DNA of 51,912 nucleotides from a virus (Duplodnaviria; Heunggongvirae; Uroviricota; Caudoviricetes): IMG/VR virus record IMGVR_UViG_2718218100_000010; one strand, 5' to 3'. Shown piece by piece: positions 20,982 to 29,533 of this stretch (position 1 is its first letter; each line of letters starts with the position of its first letter). The notes under the pieces were generated by a model. It saw only the letters and a program-made list of their open reading frames with translations, ran no database searches and was not told where the DNA came from. The position numbers and the translations under genes were made by a program.

Positions 20982-22919
20982 TCAGCCACCGGACGCAGTT
21001 CCGTAGTTCACACCGGTGATCACCGCCACTGCCGCGGTACGGCGACGACGCCAGTTGATCCAGCGCTCCGCACGGATGGCCACGCTGCCGGTCTGAAACA
21101 TGGAGACCAGTTCCACCGGTGACGGTGTGCTGCTGTCGCTGGTCGGTTCAGACTGCATCTCCAGTGACGCTTCACGGGACATATCCACCGCCACACCGCC
21201 GTCATCAGCCAGATAAATATCCGGTGCATTCACCAGTACCAGCTGGTCACCCACATACTGGGAGACAATCACCGGCAGCCCCTGGAAGGTCCCGCCCAGC
21301 AAGGTCATGTCCGGATATTCCTTCTGCCCCAGCGCATTTTTACGCATGGACAGCGCCAGGGCATTGGTGCTGGACATCAGCCAGACCGCACCGGTGGGCT
21401 GCAGATTTGCCGTCACAAACTGGCCAAACGCGGCCTCGGCATCCGCATCCGGGTTACCGGTTGATGCCGTGCCCTTCACATCATGGGTGATGGACGCCGG
21501 GGAGACATCCGCCACCGCCGCTTTTTTCGGGTCCACAAAGTCTGTGTCCAGACGCGCCACCACCGCTTCCGCCAGCGCATTACGGACCAGTGCATCAGCA
21601 GCCGGACTGGAAAAACGGATCAATTCTTCCGTCAGTACCGCAATGGCCGACACTTTCGCATGACTGAAGGTGATGGATTCAAAATCAAACTTCGTCAGGG
21701 GTCTGGCCTTACCCTCACCCACCCAGCCGGCAGCACCACCGGACACCTGGGCATGCACGCGGATATTGAACGGCACCTGACGAAGTGCAGGGATCCCGCC
21801 CTGACCAAATCGCCCGATAATGGTCTGCGGACGCAGGTAATCAATAAAGTCCTGCGCATATTCCTGGTATTCAGACAGGCTGCCTGCCCACTGCGGGTCC
21901 GTGGTGGTCCCTGCCCCCACCGCCGATTTCAGGACATGATGCAGACGGCTGTCATCCGGATACTGACGACGGGCCACTTCCAGGGCTTCAGAGCGGACAC
22001 CTTTAGCCGCGGCCAGTGATTTGGCAAAGCGGGCGAAACCAATCCCCTTCTCCAGTTTCTGCTCAACACGGATCACCGGCGCTGAAGCCACCGTGGCCAC
22101 ATTCCCGTTACCGGCCTGTTTCACCGGCTGTGCCGTGGCGGCCTTACTGGTTTCCAGTTCACGCAGACGCTTCAGGTGCGCATCCACCTGACGGATTTCC
22201 GCTGCGGTGTTGTCGTAGTGCTCTTCCTCTTCCACATCCAGTGTGCGGCCTTCCTCTGCGGCTTTGTTCATGATCTCCTCAAGGGAGGCTGCCAGCGCCG
22301 CACGCTTGTTTTCAAAACTTTTAATCTGTTCACCAGTATTCATTGCTGACTTTTCCTTATGAAAAGAGGTTATTGACTGTGCCGAAGCGCCGGCAGAAGA
22401 TGCGATTTTCACCACCGGTTTCCGGTTGCCGGACGCGGCAGAAAACGGGCGGTCGAAATATTTAATGGTCCGGATGGTGCATTCCGCATTCGCGGGCACG
22501 GTGACGGCAGACACCTCCATCAGCTCCCAGCGCAGAAAATGCAGTCCGCCTCCGTCCAGATAAGTGTATTCATGGGGCCGGAAGCCCACAGAAAGCCCCC
22601 TGACCAGCCCGGTCTTAATGGCAGCCCAGGCCTCATCCAGCCGGGCTGCCATCTGGGAGGGCATCCCCGGCTCCGGCTTCACCAGCATTGCCGTGATTTC
22701 CAGCCCTTCCCTGACCCGACGCACCGTACACTGGCCTACAGGGCGGGAATGGTCATGCTGCCAGAGAAACGGGATCGTACTGCCAAACTCCGCCCCCTCC
22801 GGCTCCAGGATGTCACCATCCCGATCCGGAGAAGGCGTTGACGCAATCCCGGTGATCACCCGTTCATCCTCACTGAAGGATTTCACCGTCAGCAGGGAAC
22901 AGGCCCGTTTAAGAGTCAC
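20982..22919 (-). CDS. Prohead protease-major capsid protein fusion (HK97 fold), 645 aa
   Basis: N-terminal prohead-protease-like domain (...WQHDHSRPVGQ...GLSVGF...), central coiled-coil, C-terminal HK97-type capsid domain ending ...VAVITGVNYGTASGG. Confidence 0.75.
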   Translation of the reverse strand: MTLKRACSLLTVKSFSEDERVITGIASTPSPDRDGDILEPEGAEFGSTIPFLWQHDHSRPVGQCTVRRVREGLEITAMLVKPEPGMPSQMAARLDEAWAAIKTGLVRGLSVGFRPHEYTYLDGGGLHFLRWELMEVSAVTVPANAECTIRTIKYFDRPFSAASGNRKPVVKIASSAGASAQSITSFHKEKSAMNTGEQIKSFENKRAALAASLEEIMNKAAEEGRTLDVEEEEHYDNTAAEIRQVDAHLKRLRELETSKAATAQPVKQAGNGNVATVASAPVIRVEQKLEKGIGFARFAKSLAAAKGVRSEALEVARRQYPDDSRLHHVLKSAVGAGTTTDPQWAGSLSEYQEYAQDFIDYLRPQTIIGRFGQGGIPALRQVPFNIRVHAQVSGGAAGWVGEGKARPLTKFDFESITFSHAKVSAIAVLTEELIRFSSPAADALVRNALAEAVVARLDTDFVDPKKAAVADVSPASITHDVKGTASTGNPDADAEAAFGQFVTANLQPTGAVWLMSSTNALALSMRKNALGQKEYPDMTLLGGTFQGLPVIVSQYVGDQLVLVNAPDIYLADDGGVAVDMSREASLEMQSEPTSDSSTPSPVELVSMFQTGSVAIRAERWINWRRRRTAAVAVITGVNYGTASGG

Positions 22920-22982
22920 ATCAGCCTCCTGAAAATAAAAAAACCGCCGCAGCGGTTCATGATGGTTACAGGGTGAGCAGGG

Positions 22983-24644
22983 TTATATGAAAAAAACCTC
23001 ATACGCTTTCTTTTTCGGTTCCGGATTCAGGGACATCAGGGACACCGCATTGAAGAGCGCCATCAGCGGGTCAATTTTTCCCCGTCCGCTGGCCTGTTTG
23101 GTGATAAGAATGGCGTTACCTTTAGGCTCCACCCGGGCATTACCGACACACCAGGCCATCAGGGGCTGATCACCGTGAATCAGCACCCCTTCAGCCAGTT
23201 TGCGCTCGGTGGTTTTGATGGCCCCGCCCAGCTTCCAGCCCTGGCTTATCCCCACCACACTCTCATCGGGGATCCCGGCTTCCGCCAGTGAATCCAGAAT
23301 CTGCCCCACACCTGACGGGTCAATACCGATATGGTCCAGTAACTCAGCCTCATGAATACGACGCACATACTCCGCCACTTCCGCCGTGTCATCCCCGACC
23401 CGACGGACAATCGTCATGTCTCCACAGGCCACAAAATCCTGAAACCGGGATGCCTCACTCTTCCGTCTGACCACCGCGGTTTCATGCACCCAGGCATGGC
23501 CCCAGCCCAGCCATTCGCGGGTTTCCCTGTCACGGCCAGTCACGTACATTCCCAGCAGATCATCCAGGCCCCCGCCGTCAATCCCCACCGTCACCACATC
23601 AGCGCGCTGCAGGATATCGTCCAGGCTGACGCGCCTGCCCTGCTGCTCCCAGAAATCCGCGCCCGCCCAGCGGTCAGAACGCAGGGCAAGACCGATTTCC
23701 ACATTGGCGTGTTTTGACATGAAGCCACGAAATGCTTCCTCACCAGCCTCCCGGGCTTTACGGTACTCCCGGTACAGAAAGGCCTCATCCACCGAATAAC
23801 CGAGATTCGGGTTAACCATGGCGAGGTTTTCCATCAGCAGGTGAGCCCCGCTTTCCACCATTTCAGGAGGATGCTCAAAAATCACCGGCAGAAAGTGCGG
23901 ATCATGAATTTTGCCGTCACGGACATCCCGGGCATACTGCAGTTTCTGTCTGAACACCCCGGCGGGCGGTTCATTCGACTGGGTGGTCGTATACACCACA
24001 AACCCTTCCGGACGGGAGGCAAGCCCGCCGATGGCTTCACGTAGCATGTCTTCCGCCTTGTACTGCTTGCCAAACAGCCACAGTTCATCAATCAGTGTCC
24101 CCACGGACTTGATACCGGACACCGTATTCGGATCGGCTGCCACCACCTTCAGGGTGGTGTCCGTCACCCGATGGGTGATGGTCCGGATATGTGTCTGCAC
24201 CTGACAGAGGTCATCCAGATCATCGTCCCGTCGTACCATATCCCTGGCAGGGTTGAAGGCGTTAGCCGCCACCTCCACGGTCGGGGCCAGAATGGTGTAG
24301 CCCGCCGCCTGCCGCCAGTTCAGTAACAGCGCCGTCATCATGATCCCCGCAGCCAGCGTGGACTTCGAGTTTTTCTTGGGGATAAGGATAAACACTTCCT
24401 TGATATGGCGAACACCGGTCTGCGCATCGTAGGAGCCAAACAGGGCCGCCACCAGGTCAAACACCCACGGTGCACAGGACTCCCCGAATGTCGGGCTACC
24501 CGGTGCATCCACAATTCGCAGTTGTTTAAAAATCGCCAGTGCATGTGCAGCCTGGTCCGGATAAATCGGAGCCGGAATAATCGACAGCCCCTTTTTCAGG
24601 CGCTCTGCCCAGTCCGGGCAGGCCGTGCTCCACACAGGTATCAT
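22983..24644 (-). CDS. Terminase large subunit, 553 aa
   Basis: TerL-like ATPase/nuclease architecture; position after TerS; 4-nt overlap with TerS. Confidence 0.85.
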   Translation of the reverse strand: MIPVWSTACPDWAERLKKGLSIIPAPIYPDQAAHALAIFKQLRIVDAPGSPTFGESCAPWVFDLVAALFGSYDAQTGVRHIKEVFILIPKKNSKSTLAAGIMMTALLLNWRQAAGYTILAPTVEVAANAFNPARDMVRRDDDLDDLCQVQTHIRTITHRVTDTTLKVVAADPNTVSGIKSVGTLIDELWLFGKQYKAEDMLREAIGGLASRPEGFVVYTTTQSNEPPAGVFRQKLQYARDVRDGKIHDPHFLPVIFEHPPEMVESGAHLLMENLAMVNPNLGYSVDEAFLYREYRKAREAGEEAFRGFMSKHANVEIGLALRSDRWAGADFWEQQGRRVSLDDILQRADVVTVGIDGGGLDDLLGMYVTGRDRETREWLGWGHAWVHETAVVRRKSEASRFQDFVACGDMTIVRRVGDDTAEVAEYVRRIHEAELLDHIGIDPSGVGQILDSLAEAGIPDESVVGISQGWKLGGAIKTTERKLAEGVLIHGDQPLMAWCVGNARVEPKGNAILITKQASGRGKIDPLMALFNAVSLMSLNPEPKKKAYEVFFI

Positions 24645-25204
24645 CCGTTGCCCTCATTATCATTATTCACCACCAGGCGGGGTGGTGGTGGCACCGCAAA
24701 ACGGTTAGCCGCTTTTTTCGCCGCGTCACCTTTTGCCGATTTTTTACCGGCATCCCCTTTTTTGTGGTGCGTGAACTGCGCCAGCTTATAAGCCGCATCC
24801 AGCGCCAGCCTGGGGTCGGTATTAATGTTCTCCACCAGAAGACGCCCCATCGCTTTCACCGGATCGGGAAGACCATCCTCCATATATTCAATACCAGGAG
24901 ACATCACCGCGGACGGTGGCATCTCCGGATTGTTTTCGTCCGGCTGTGGTATTGCAGCCGCCTCACGGCGACGGGGTTTATCCTCCTGCTCTGATTTTTT
25001 CTGCCGGTAAACAGGAACCTCATCCACCTCCACCGTCTCGCATTGTTTACGGGCTATAAACGCAAGCACCTCAGGATCTTTTGCCAGCTGCGAGCCTTTA
25101 ACCCTGGCGGTCTTCGCCGAATAACCAGCGGCAATGGCTGACGCTGTTTTGTTTTTCCCGGACATGAGCGCCAGCGCAAATTTTCGTTTTTGCGTTGTCA
25201 GCAC
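24641..25204 (-). CDS. Terminase small subunit, 187 aa
   Basis: N-terminal HTH-like ...KTASAIAAGYSAKTARVKGSQL..., position between the HNH/cos region and TerL. Confidence 0.7.
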   Translation of the reverse strand: MLTTQKRKFALALMSGKNKTASAIAAGYSAKTARVKGSQLAKDPEVLAFIARKQCETVEVDEVPVYRQKKSEQEDKPRRREAAAIPQPDENNPEMPPSAVMSPGIEYMEDGLPDPVKAMGRLLVENINTDPRLALDAAYKLAQFTHHKKGDAGKKSAKGDAAKKAANRFAVPPPPRLVVNNDNEGNG

Positions 25205-25269
25205 AGCCTCCTCCCGGGTCCAGAACGCACTCAGCCGGGTATGGTTCAGCCCATTTTTCCCGGCGTCTC

Positions 25270-25500
25270 ATGCCGCAAATGTTAACTGCTGCCTGGTTAA
25301 CATTTGCTGAAAAAGCCAGTTAACATTTTTTCCGCACAACAAACTGAATAATAAAGATAAAAACCGCAAAAATGCCCGGACAGCCAGTTAACATGTTAAC
25401 TGCCCTGAAACGGGAATTTTTTCTCTGCGTGAGAGGGGGCGCGGTGTCCGGGGCGATCGTTTTTTCGCCGGATGATCCCCCCCGGGGCGGGTCACAGTCC
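25270..25500. promoter_or_regulatory. Putative cos / packaging-initiation region: five GTTAAC(AT) repeats plus GC-rich core
   Basis: GTTAAC at 25281, 25296, 25319, 25387, 25395 in about 120 bp directly upstream of terS; GC-rich gggggcgcggtgtccggggcg...cccccccggggcggg nearby; HNH endonuclease adjacent. Confidence 0.45.
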
Positions 25501-25857
25501 GATGATATCGTCTGCCCTGCCATGACCTCCGGACACCTCCGGCAGCGTCGGGTCCGGCATACCACTCGCCGTTTCACTGACTGACTTCTGGCGATGGCAT
25601 TCGGTACAGAGCGTCCAGAGATTCGTCTCCTCATTACCACCACCGAACTGAAGTGCAATTCGGTGATCGAGTTCACTGTCACAGAGGTCAACCACACGAC
25701 CACAGAGACAGCACTGCCCGGCATCCCTGAGCCAGATACGGCGCTTGAGGGAAACCCGGGCACTACCACTGACCCGACGCTGTTCACCCTTCAGGACATT
25801 CACCCGCCGGGTGTTCAGAGTTTTGATTCTGCCCGGTAACGTACGAAGCACAGCCAT
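25492..25857 (-). CDS. HNH endonuclease (packaging-associated), 121 aa
   Basis: Motif ...CCLCGR...ELDHRIALQFGG...NLWTLCTECHRQK; location just upstream of terS. Confidence 0.8.
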   Translation of the reverse strand: MAVLRTLPGRIKTLNTRRVNVLKGEQRRVSGSARVSLKRRIWLRDAGQCCLCGRVVDLCDSELDHRIALQFGGGNEETNLWTLCTECHRQKSVSETASGMPDPTLPEVSGGHGRADDIIGL

Positions 25858-25898
25858 GTAAAATCCTCGCCATATAACTTGTCACCAGAGGAAAGAAA

Positions 25899-26126
25899 AT
25901 GTCATCGAAAAACCGGACCCGCAGAACAACAACCCGCAACATCCGATTTCCAAACCAGATGATTGAACAAATTAACATCGCTCTTGACCAGAAAGGTTCA
26001 GAAAATTTTTCTGCGTGGGTCATTGAATCTTGCCGCCGGGAGCTGGCAGCAGACATAAAATATGCCCGTCAGTTGACTATAAAAAAGAATGATACACAGT
26101 ATGCTCTGCGATGGCTGTTCATATAA
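25899..26126 (+). CDS. Arc/MetJ-type ribbon-helix-helix DNA-binding protein, 75 aa
   Basis: RBS aggaaag; RNIRFPNQMIEQINIALDQKG-SENFSAWVIESCRREL matches the RHH pattern of phage Arc; divergent to the late operon; followed by an AT-rich tract and hairpin. Confidence 0.55.
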   Translation: MSSKNRTRRTTTRNIRFPNQMIEQINIALDQKGSENFSAWVIESCRRELAADIKYARQLTIKKNDTQYALRWLFI

Positions 26127-26488
26127 CTATTTCTTTATATTGCTGAATTTATAAAAAATCACAGACATTAGCTGTATTAATTCCGAATTGAAATAATCAG
26201 CCATATAGAATAAAAATAAAGCATAACAATAATAATCTTCTACCCAATCAGTACATTACTGCTGTGACTCCAACACGGCAGTTTTTTTATTGAACAGATT
26301 CCAGTTTCTTCCACCATCGCACCGGACGGGCGACCATGAGGGGAGAACGCCGCGCTCCGTTTACGCGGTAAACCCCGGTGTGTATCGTTTTTGATTATCC
26401 CCGCACACTCTCGCAGAGGAGTCTCCCTGTCGGGCTGCGGTCTCTGTTAATGCAGGAATACGGCGACGATACGGCGCATCAGCAAAAC

Positions 26489-26956
26489 TTAGTTCAGGCA
26501 CTGAGTGCGGATATAGTCCTGTACCCCTTCCAGCTGCTTCTGCATTGTCATCAACCGTTCTCTGAGGATGAAATAATCCCGTTCAGCGGTGTCTGCCAGT
26601 CGGGGGCCGGTTGCATTATCCACGCCGGAGGTGCCGGTGGCTTCACGCACGGTACCGGAGCAGGTGGCGTTGATCCGCAGGCGCTTACGACCAGCGGCAA
26701 CATCAGCACGCAGAGTTTCATTTTCAGCTCTCGCATCGGCTAACTCCCTCGAGTATTTTGCATCGAGCGCAGCAACATCACGCTGGCGCACCTGCATGTC
26801 AGTAATGGTGGCATTCGCCTGTTCCAGCTCTCTGGCTTTTTTATCGCGCTGCGCTTTGTAGGTGAGCGCGTTGTCACGGTAATGGTTTGTTGCCAGCCAC
26901 AGCGCACCACAGCCAACCGCCAGGACAATAATCACCACACACAGAACACGGTTCAT
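26489..26956 (-). CDS. Spanin inner-membrane subunit Rz, 155 aa
   Basis: N-terminal TM helix then coiled-coil periplasmic domain; contains the embedded Rz1 frame. Confidence 0.8.
   Translation of the reverse strand: MNRVLCVVIIVLAVGCGALWLATNHYRDNALTYKAQRDKKARELEQANATITDMQVRQRDVAALDAKYSRELADARAENETLRADVAAGRKRLRINATCSGTVREATGTSGVDNATGPRLADTAERDYFILRERLMTMQKQLEGVQDYIRTQCLN
26551..26721 (-). CDS. Spanin outer-membrane lipoprotein Rz1 (embedded in Rz, +1 frame), 56 aa
   Basis: [15 protein letters not shown] lipobox then a proline-rich mature part; ATG at 26721. Confidence 0.7.
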   Translation of the reverse strand: MKLCVLMLPLVVSACGSTPPAPVPCVKPPAPPAWIMQPAPDWQTPLNGIISSSENG

Positions 26957-26963
26957 CTCTCTT

Positions 26964-27098
26964 TCACCCCACCAGTCCCGATAACGTCAGGACTCGCCAG
27001 GCGGTGGAAAAGAAAATGGCAACCAGCATGACTAAAAATGAAATGCCGACAAGTACACAGAGGCTCTTCACCAGCGTTATGAGTTTATCTGATATCAT
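26964..27098 (-). CDS. Candidate 44-aa single-pass membrane protein between the Ant-like gene and Rz
   Basis: Hand-translated [51 protein letters not shown] upstream of the ATG; below the ORF-track size cutoff. Confidence 0.3.
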   Translation of the reverse strand: MISDKLITLVKSLCVLVGISFLVMLVAIFFSTAWRVLTLSGLVG

Positions 27099-27109
27099 TA
27101 GCCACCCCA

Positions 27110-27679
27110 TCAATCCGCCTTTGTTATTTTCCCTTTGCCTGTATCAGCCAGGACAAAATCAATCAGCATATTCGCTTCATTTACCAGCGTACGGATTTTT
27201 GATACATGCGCGGCTTTAACCTGTTTCCACTCATTCAGCCCGGTAGCAAACACACTGGCAATGTTTTTATCCCGTTTCATGTCAGCACAAGCCTGGTTGA
27301 GTTCTTCCATCACGCTCATTTTACGGGGATTAACGACAAAACCCTTCGTCCAGTACTCGTAAAGAACATCGTCGCACTCTTCCTGATACCGGATGACCTT
27401 ATCGCGGATTTCGGGTTTTACTTTGTTGGGATTAATGGTTTGTAGCCAGCCGGCAAGTTTTCGAAGTGGCATGGACACCATATTGCGTTGTTTCCCATCC
27501 TCAGCAACCATAACGATTTCCGTTATAGTTGACGCAAAACGCTGTCTTAACTTAGCCAACTGTGATTGCCAGGCCAGCCCCATCCCCGCAACGACAGGTT
27601 TCATGGGAACGTATGGTTCGCCATTATGGTTAACTACATAAAGAGAGTTGCCGTGAAACGGCACGGCCATCATATTCAT
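27110..27679 (-). CDS. Antirepressor-like protein (BRO-N/AntA-like N-terminus), 189 aa
   Basis: N-terminal ...FHGNSLYVVNHNGEPYVPMKPVVAGMGLAWQSQ... resembles AntA/BRO-N; position between endolysin and Rz. Confidence 0.45.
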   Translation of the reverse strand: MNMMAVPFHGNSLYVVNHNGEPYVPMKPVVAGMGLAWQSQLAKLRQRFASTITEIVMVAEDGKQRNMVSMPLRKLAGWLQTINPNKVKPEIRDKVIRYQEECDDVLYEYWTKGFVVNPRKMSVMEELNQACADMKRDKNIASVFATGLNEWKQVKAAHVSKIRTLVNEANMLIDFVLADTGKGKITKAD

Positions 27680-27949
27680 CGGTTATTTCCTTTTAGTGAT
27701 GAACCTTGTCTCACAGGAATCCAGCCCACAGAAAGGCACCGACAGCCAAACCGGTATCCTCAAGGGTCATCCTGAAAGGTTCTGTGTTGTGAGATGCGCG
27801 TGAGATGCGCAGAAATGACAAAGGCATCATTACGGTGCCTGAGTGTTAAACAACTGTTTTGACTTTATTCACTTACATTTTGCCAATTTGCAGGATTTCG
27901 TGTTATCCGTCCATGTAAGCAAACCTCATTTTTCAGCAAAATATTCTTC

Positions 27950-28483
27950 TTATCTGTCAATTCCCCAGCACGCCAGCGCGCTCTCCTGGTCACGCCGTGA
28001 GACCTGACCGTAGCAGTTGTTTGAGCGAATACGGCAGTCTCTGCCACCGTCCTTAATCCACCAGCGAATCGCCTCACATGCTCCCCTGCGATCACCTGCA
28101 TTAATTCGTCTGTAAAACGTCGACGGGAAACACTTACCGGGACCAATGTTGTACGGACAGAATGACGCGATCCCCGCTTTCTGGGGTTCGGTCAGCGGCA
28201 CTTTGATGTTTTTCTCCACCCATGCCAGCGCCTTATCACGCTCAATGGCGTTAACCTGGTCGCATTTTTCCTTCGACAACTTCATGCCCGGGACGACAGG
28301 TTTACCATCCACCAGGATGGCACCGCGGCAGATGGTCCAGATACCCGTACCATCACGGTATGCTGTGGTGTGGTTACCTTCCTTTTCATCCAGAAACTGG
28401 TCGAGGATTTCAGGCGCAGACGCCCCTGCACCAATCAGCGCCAGAACGGCAGCCGACAGGCCGTATCTGATTTTTGCGTTCAT
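27950..28483 (-). CDS. SAR endolysin (lysozyme, P21 R-like), 177 aa
   Basis: N-terminal signal-anchor-release segment MNAKIRYGLSAAVLALIGAGASAPE; lysozyme-like catalytic region. Confidence 0.85.
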   Translation of the reverse strand: MNAKIRYGLSAAVLALIGAGASAPEILDQFLDEKEGNHTTAYRDGTGIWTICRGAILVDGKPVVPGMKLSKEKCDQVNAIERDKALAWVEKNIKVPLTEPQKAGIASFCPYNIGPGKCFPSTFYRRINAGDRRGACEAIRWWIKDGGRDCRIRSNNCYGQVSRRDQESALACWGIDR

Positions 28484-28533
28484 GGATATTTATCAGGATT
28501 TATCGATTTCAAATCCCTGGATATGTTAAGTCT

Positions 28534-28881
28534 TCAGGCCAGCGGTGGAGTCTTCAGAGAACCAGTAATTATTCCCGGTAGTTTTCCTCTGTAGGTTATC
28601 AACACATCCTGCGCCTCTAAAATGATGGGCCGCTTTTCCGGCAACGGACCATCCCCTTCACATAACCCGGCAGCAACATCCATGAAAAACTGCTTCGCCT
28701 GCTTTTTCGCCTCAGCTTCGTAAAACTCCAGCGTGGCACCTTCAGTACGGTCAAGACTAATCGCCACATCTGGCAACAACAGTGACGGATACCCACCAAT
28801 TTCCAGTGCCACAGTAACAGTAATCTTATCCGGGTAATTATTTATCCCTTTAACAACCAGTTCGTATTTTTTCTTCATCAC
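28534..28881 (-). CDS. Hypothetical protein between holin and endolysin, 115 aa
   Basis: Tightly packed between S and R; no recognisable motif. Confidence 0.45.
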   Translation of the reverse strand: MMKKKYELVVKGINNYPDKITVTVALEIGGYPSLLLPDVAISLDRTEGATLEFYEAEAKKQAKQFFMDVAAGLCEGDGPLPEKRPIILEAQDVLITYRGKLPGIITGSLKTPPLA

Positions 28882-28882
28882 T

Positions 28883-29089
28883 TTACTCTCCCCGCACCGC
28901 CTTACGCCGGTCCTCTCTGATTTTGAAATACAGGTTAGTCAGATACGTCAGCAGGCCAAACAGCAGACTCCCCAGTACACCTATTGCCACCCACTGGGAC
29001 GGAGAGACTTTGTCCAGCAGTTGCAGTAACCAGTATCCCGTCCCTACCGCTGACGTGGTGTATGACACACCTGTTGTGATTTTTTCCAT
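28883..29089 (-). CDS. Class II holin / pinholin (S21-like), 68 aa
   Basis: [68 protein letters not shown] resembles P21 S; the track ORF extends to 29158 with a doubtful N-terminal extension. Confidence 0.8.
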   Translation of the reverse strand: MEKITTGVSYTTSAVGTGYWLLQLLDKVSPSQWVAIGVLGSLLFGLLTYLTNLYFKIREDRRKAVRGE

Positions 29090-29342
29090 CTGATGTATGT
29101 CTCCGTCACCGCCGACAGAAAATGAAAGTAAAGGAAAACAAAAAGCCGCCAGTGTCACCCACTGACGGCCAACTCCGGGAGCCGTGATTATGGCATTCAG
29201 GCTCTGCTAAAAATGCCAGATAACATTCCGGCCCCCCTGGTTCAGGTTATAAATGACACAATATCTTGACAACATCCGTCACTGTCTGTCAGAAAATATA
29301 CCGCCAGGCATAAGTATCATGTGAAATCCAACTATCCTTTTG

Positions 29343-29386
29343 AGCCAGCACCTCTCCACCGAAAGTCAGTGCTGGCTGTTTTTTTC
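29343..29386 (+). terminator. Plus-strand intrinsic terminator, antisense to the late operon
   Basis: Stem agccagcac/gtgctggct followed by TGTTTTTTT. Confidence 0.55.
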
Positions 29387-29492
29387 CTTAATAAAGCATC
29401 TGTAACTGAAACAATCCGCATATTGATAATATATTGACAGGCATCATTGCTGTCTGTGAAAAATAAGTCTCTACAAACATATAAGGCCTTTT

Positions 29493-29533
29493 AGCCAGCG
29501 TCTTCTTTCAGGTCAGTCGCTGGCTTTTTTTAT
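29493..29533 (+). terminator. Second plus-strand intrinsic terminator abutting the nanS-p stop
   Basis: Stem agccagcg/cgctggct followed by TTTTTTT. Confidence 0.55.

Noticed and set aside
25320-25787. Minus-strand 155-aa ORF overlapping the HNH gene
   Set aside because: Alternative-frame overlap of the well-supported HNH endonuclease ORF; no motif support.
28883-29158. Longer holin form starting at 29158
   Set aside because: The upstream extension has no obvious RBS and the pinholin-like sequence begins at MEKITTG (29089); a dual-start antiholin cannot be excluded.
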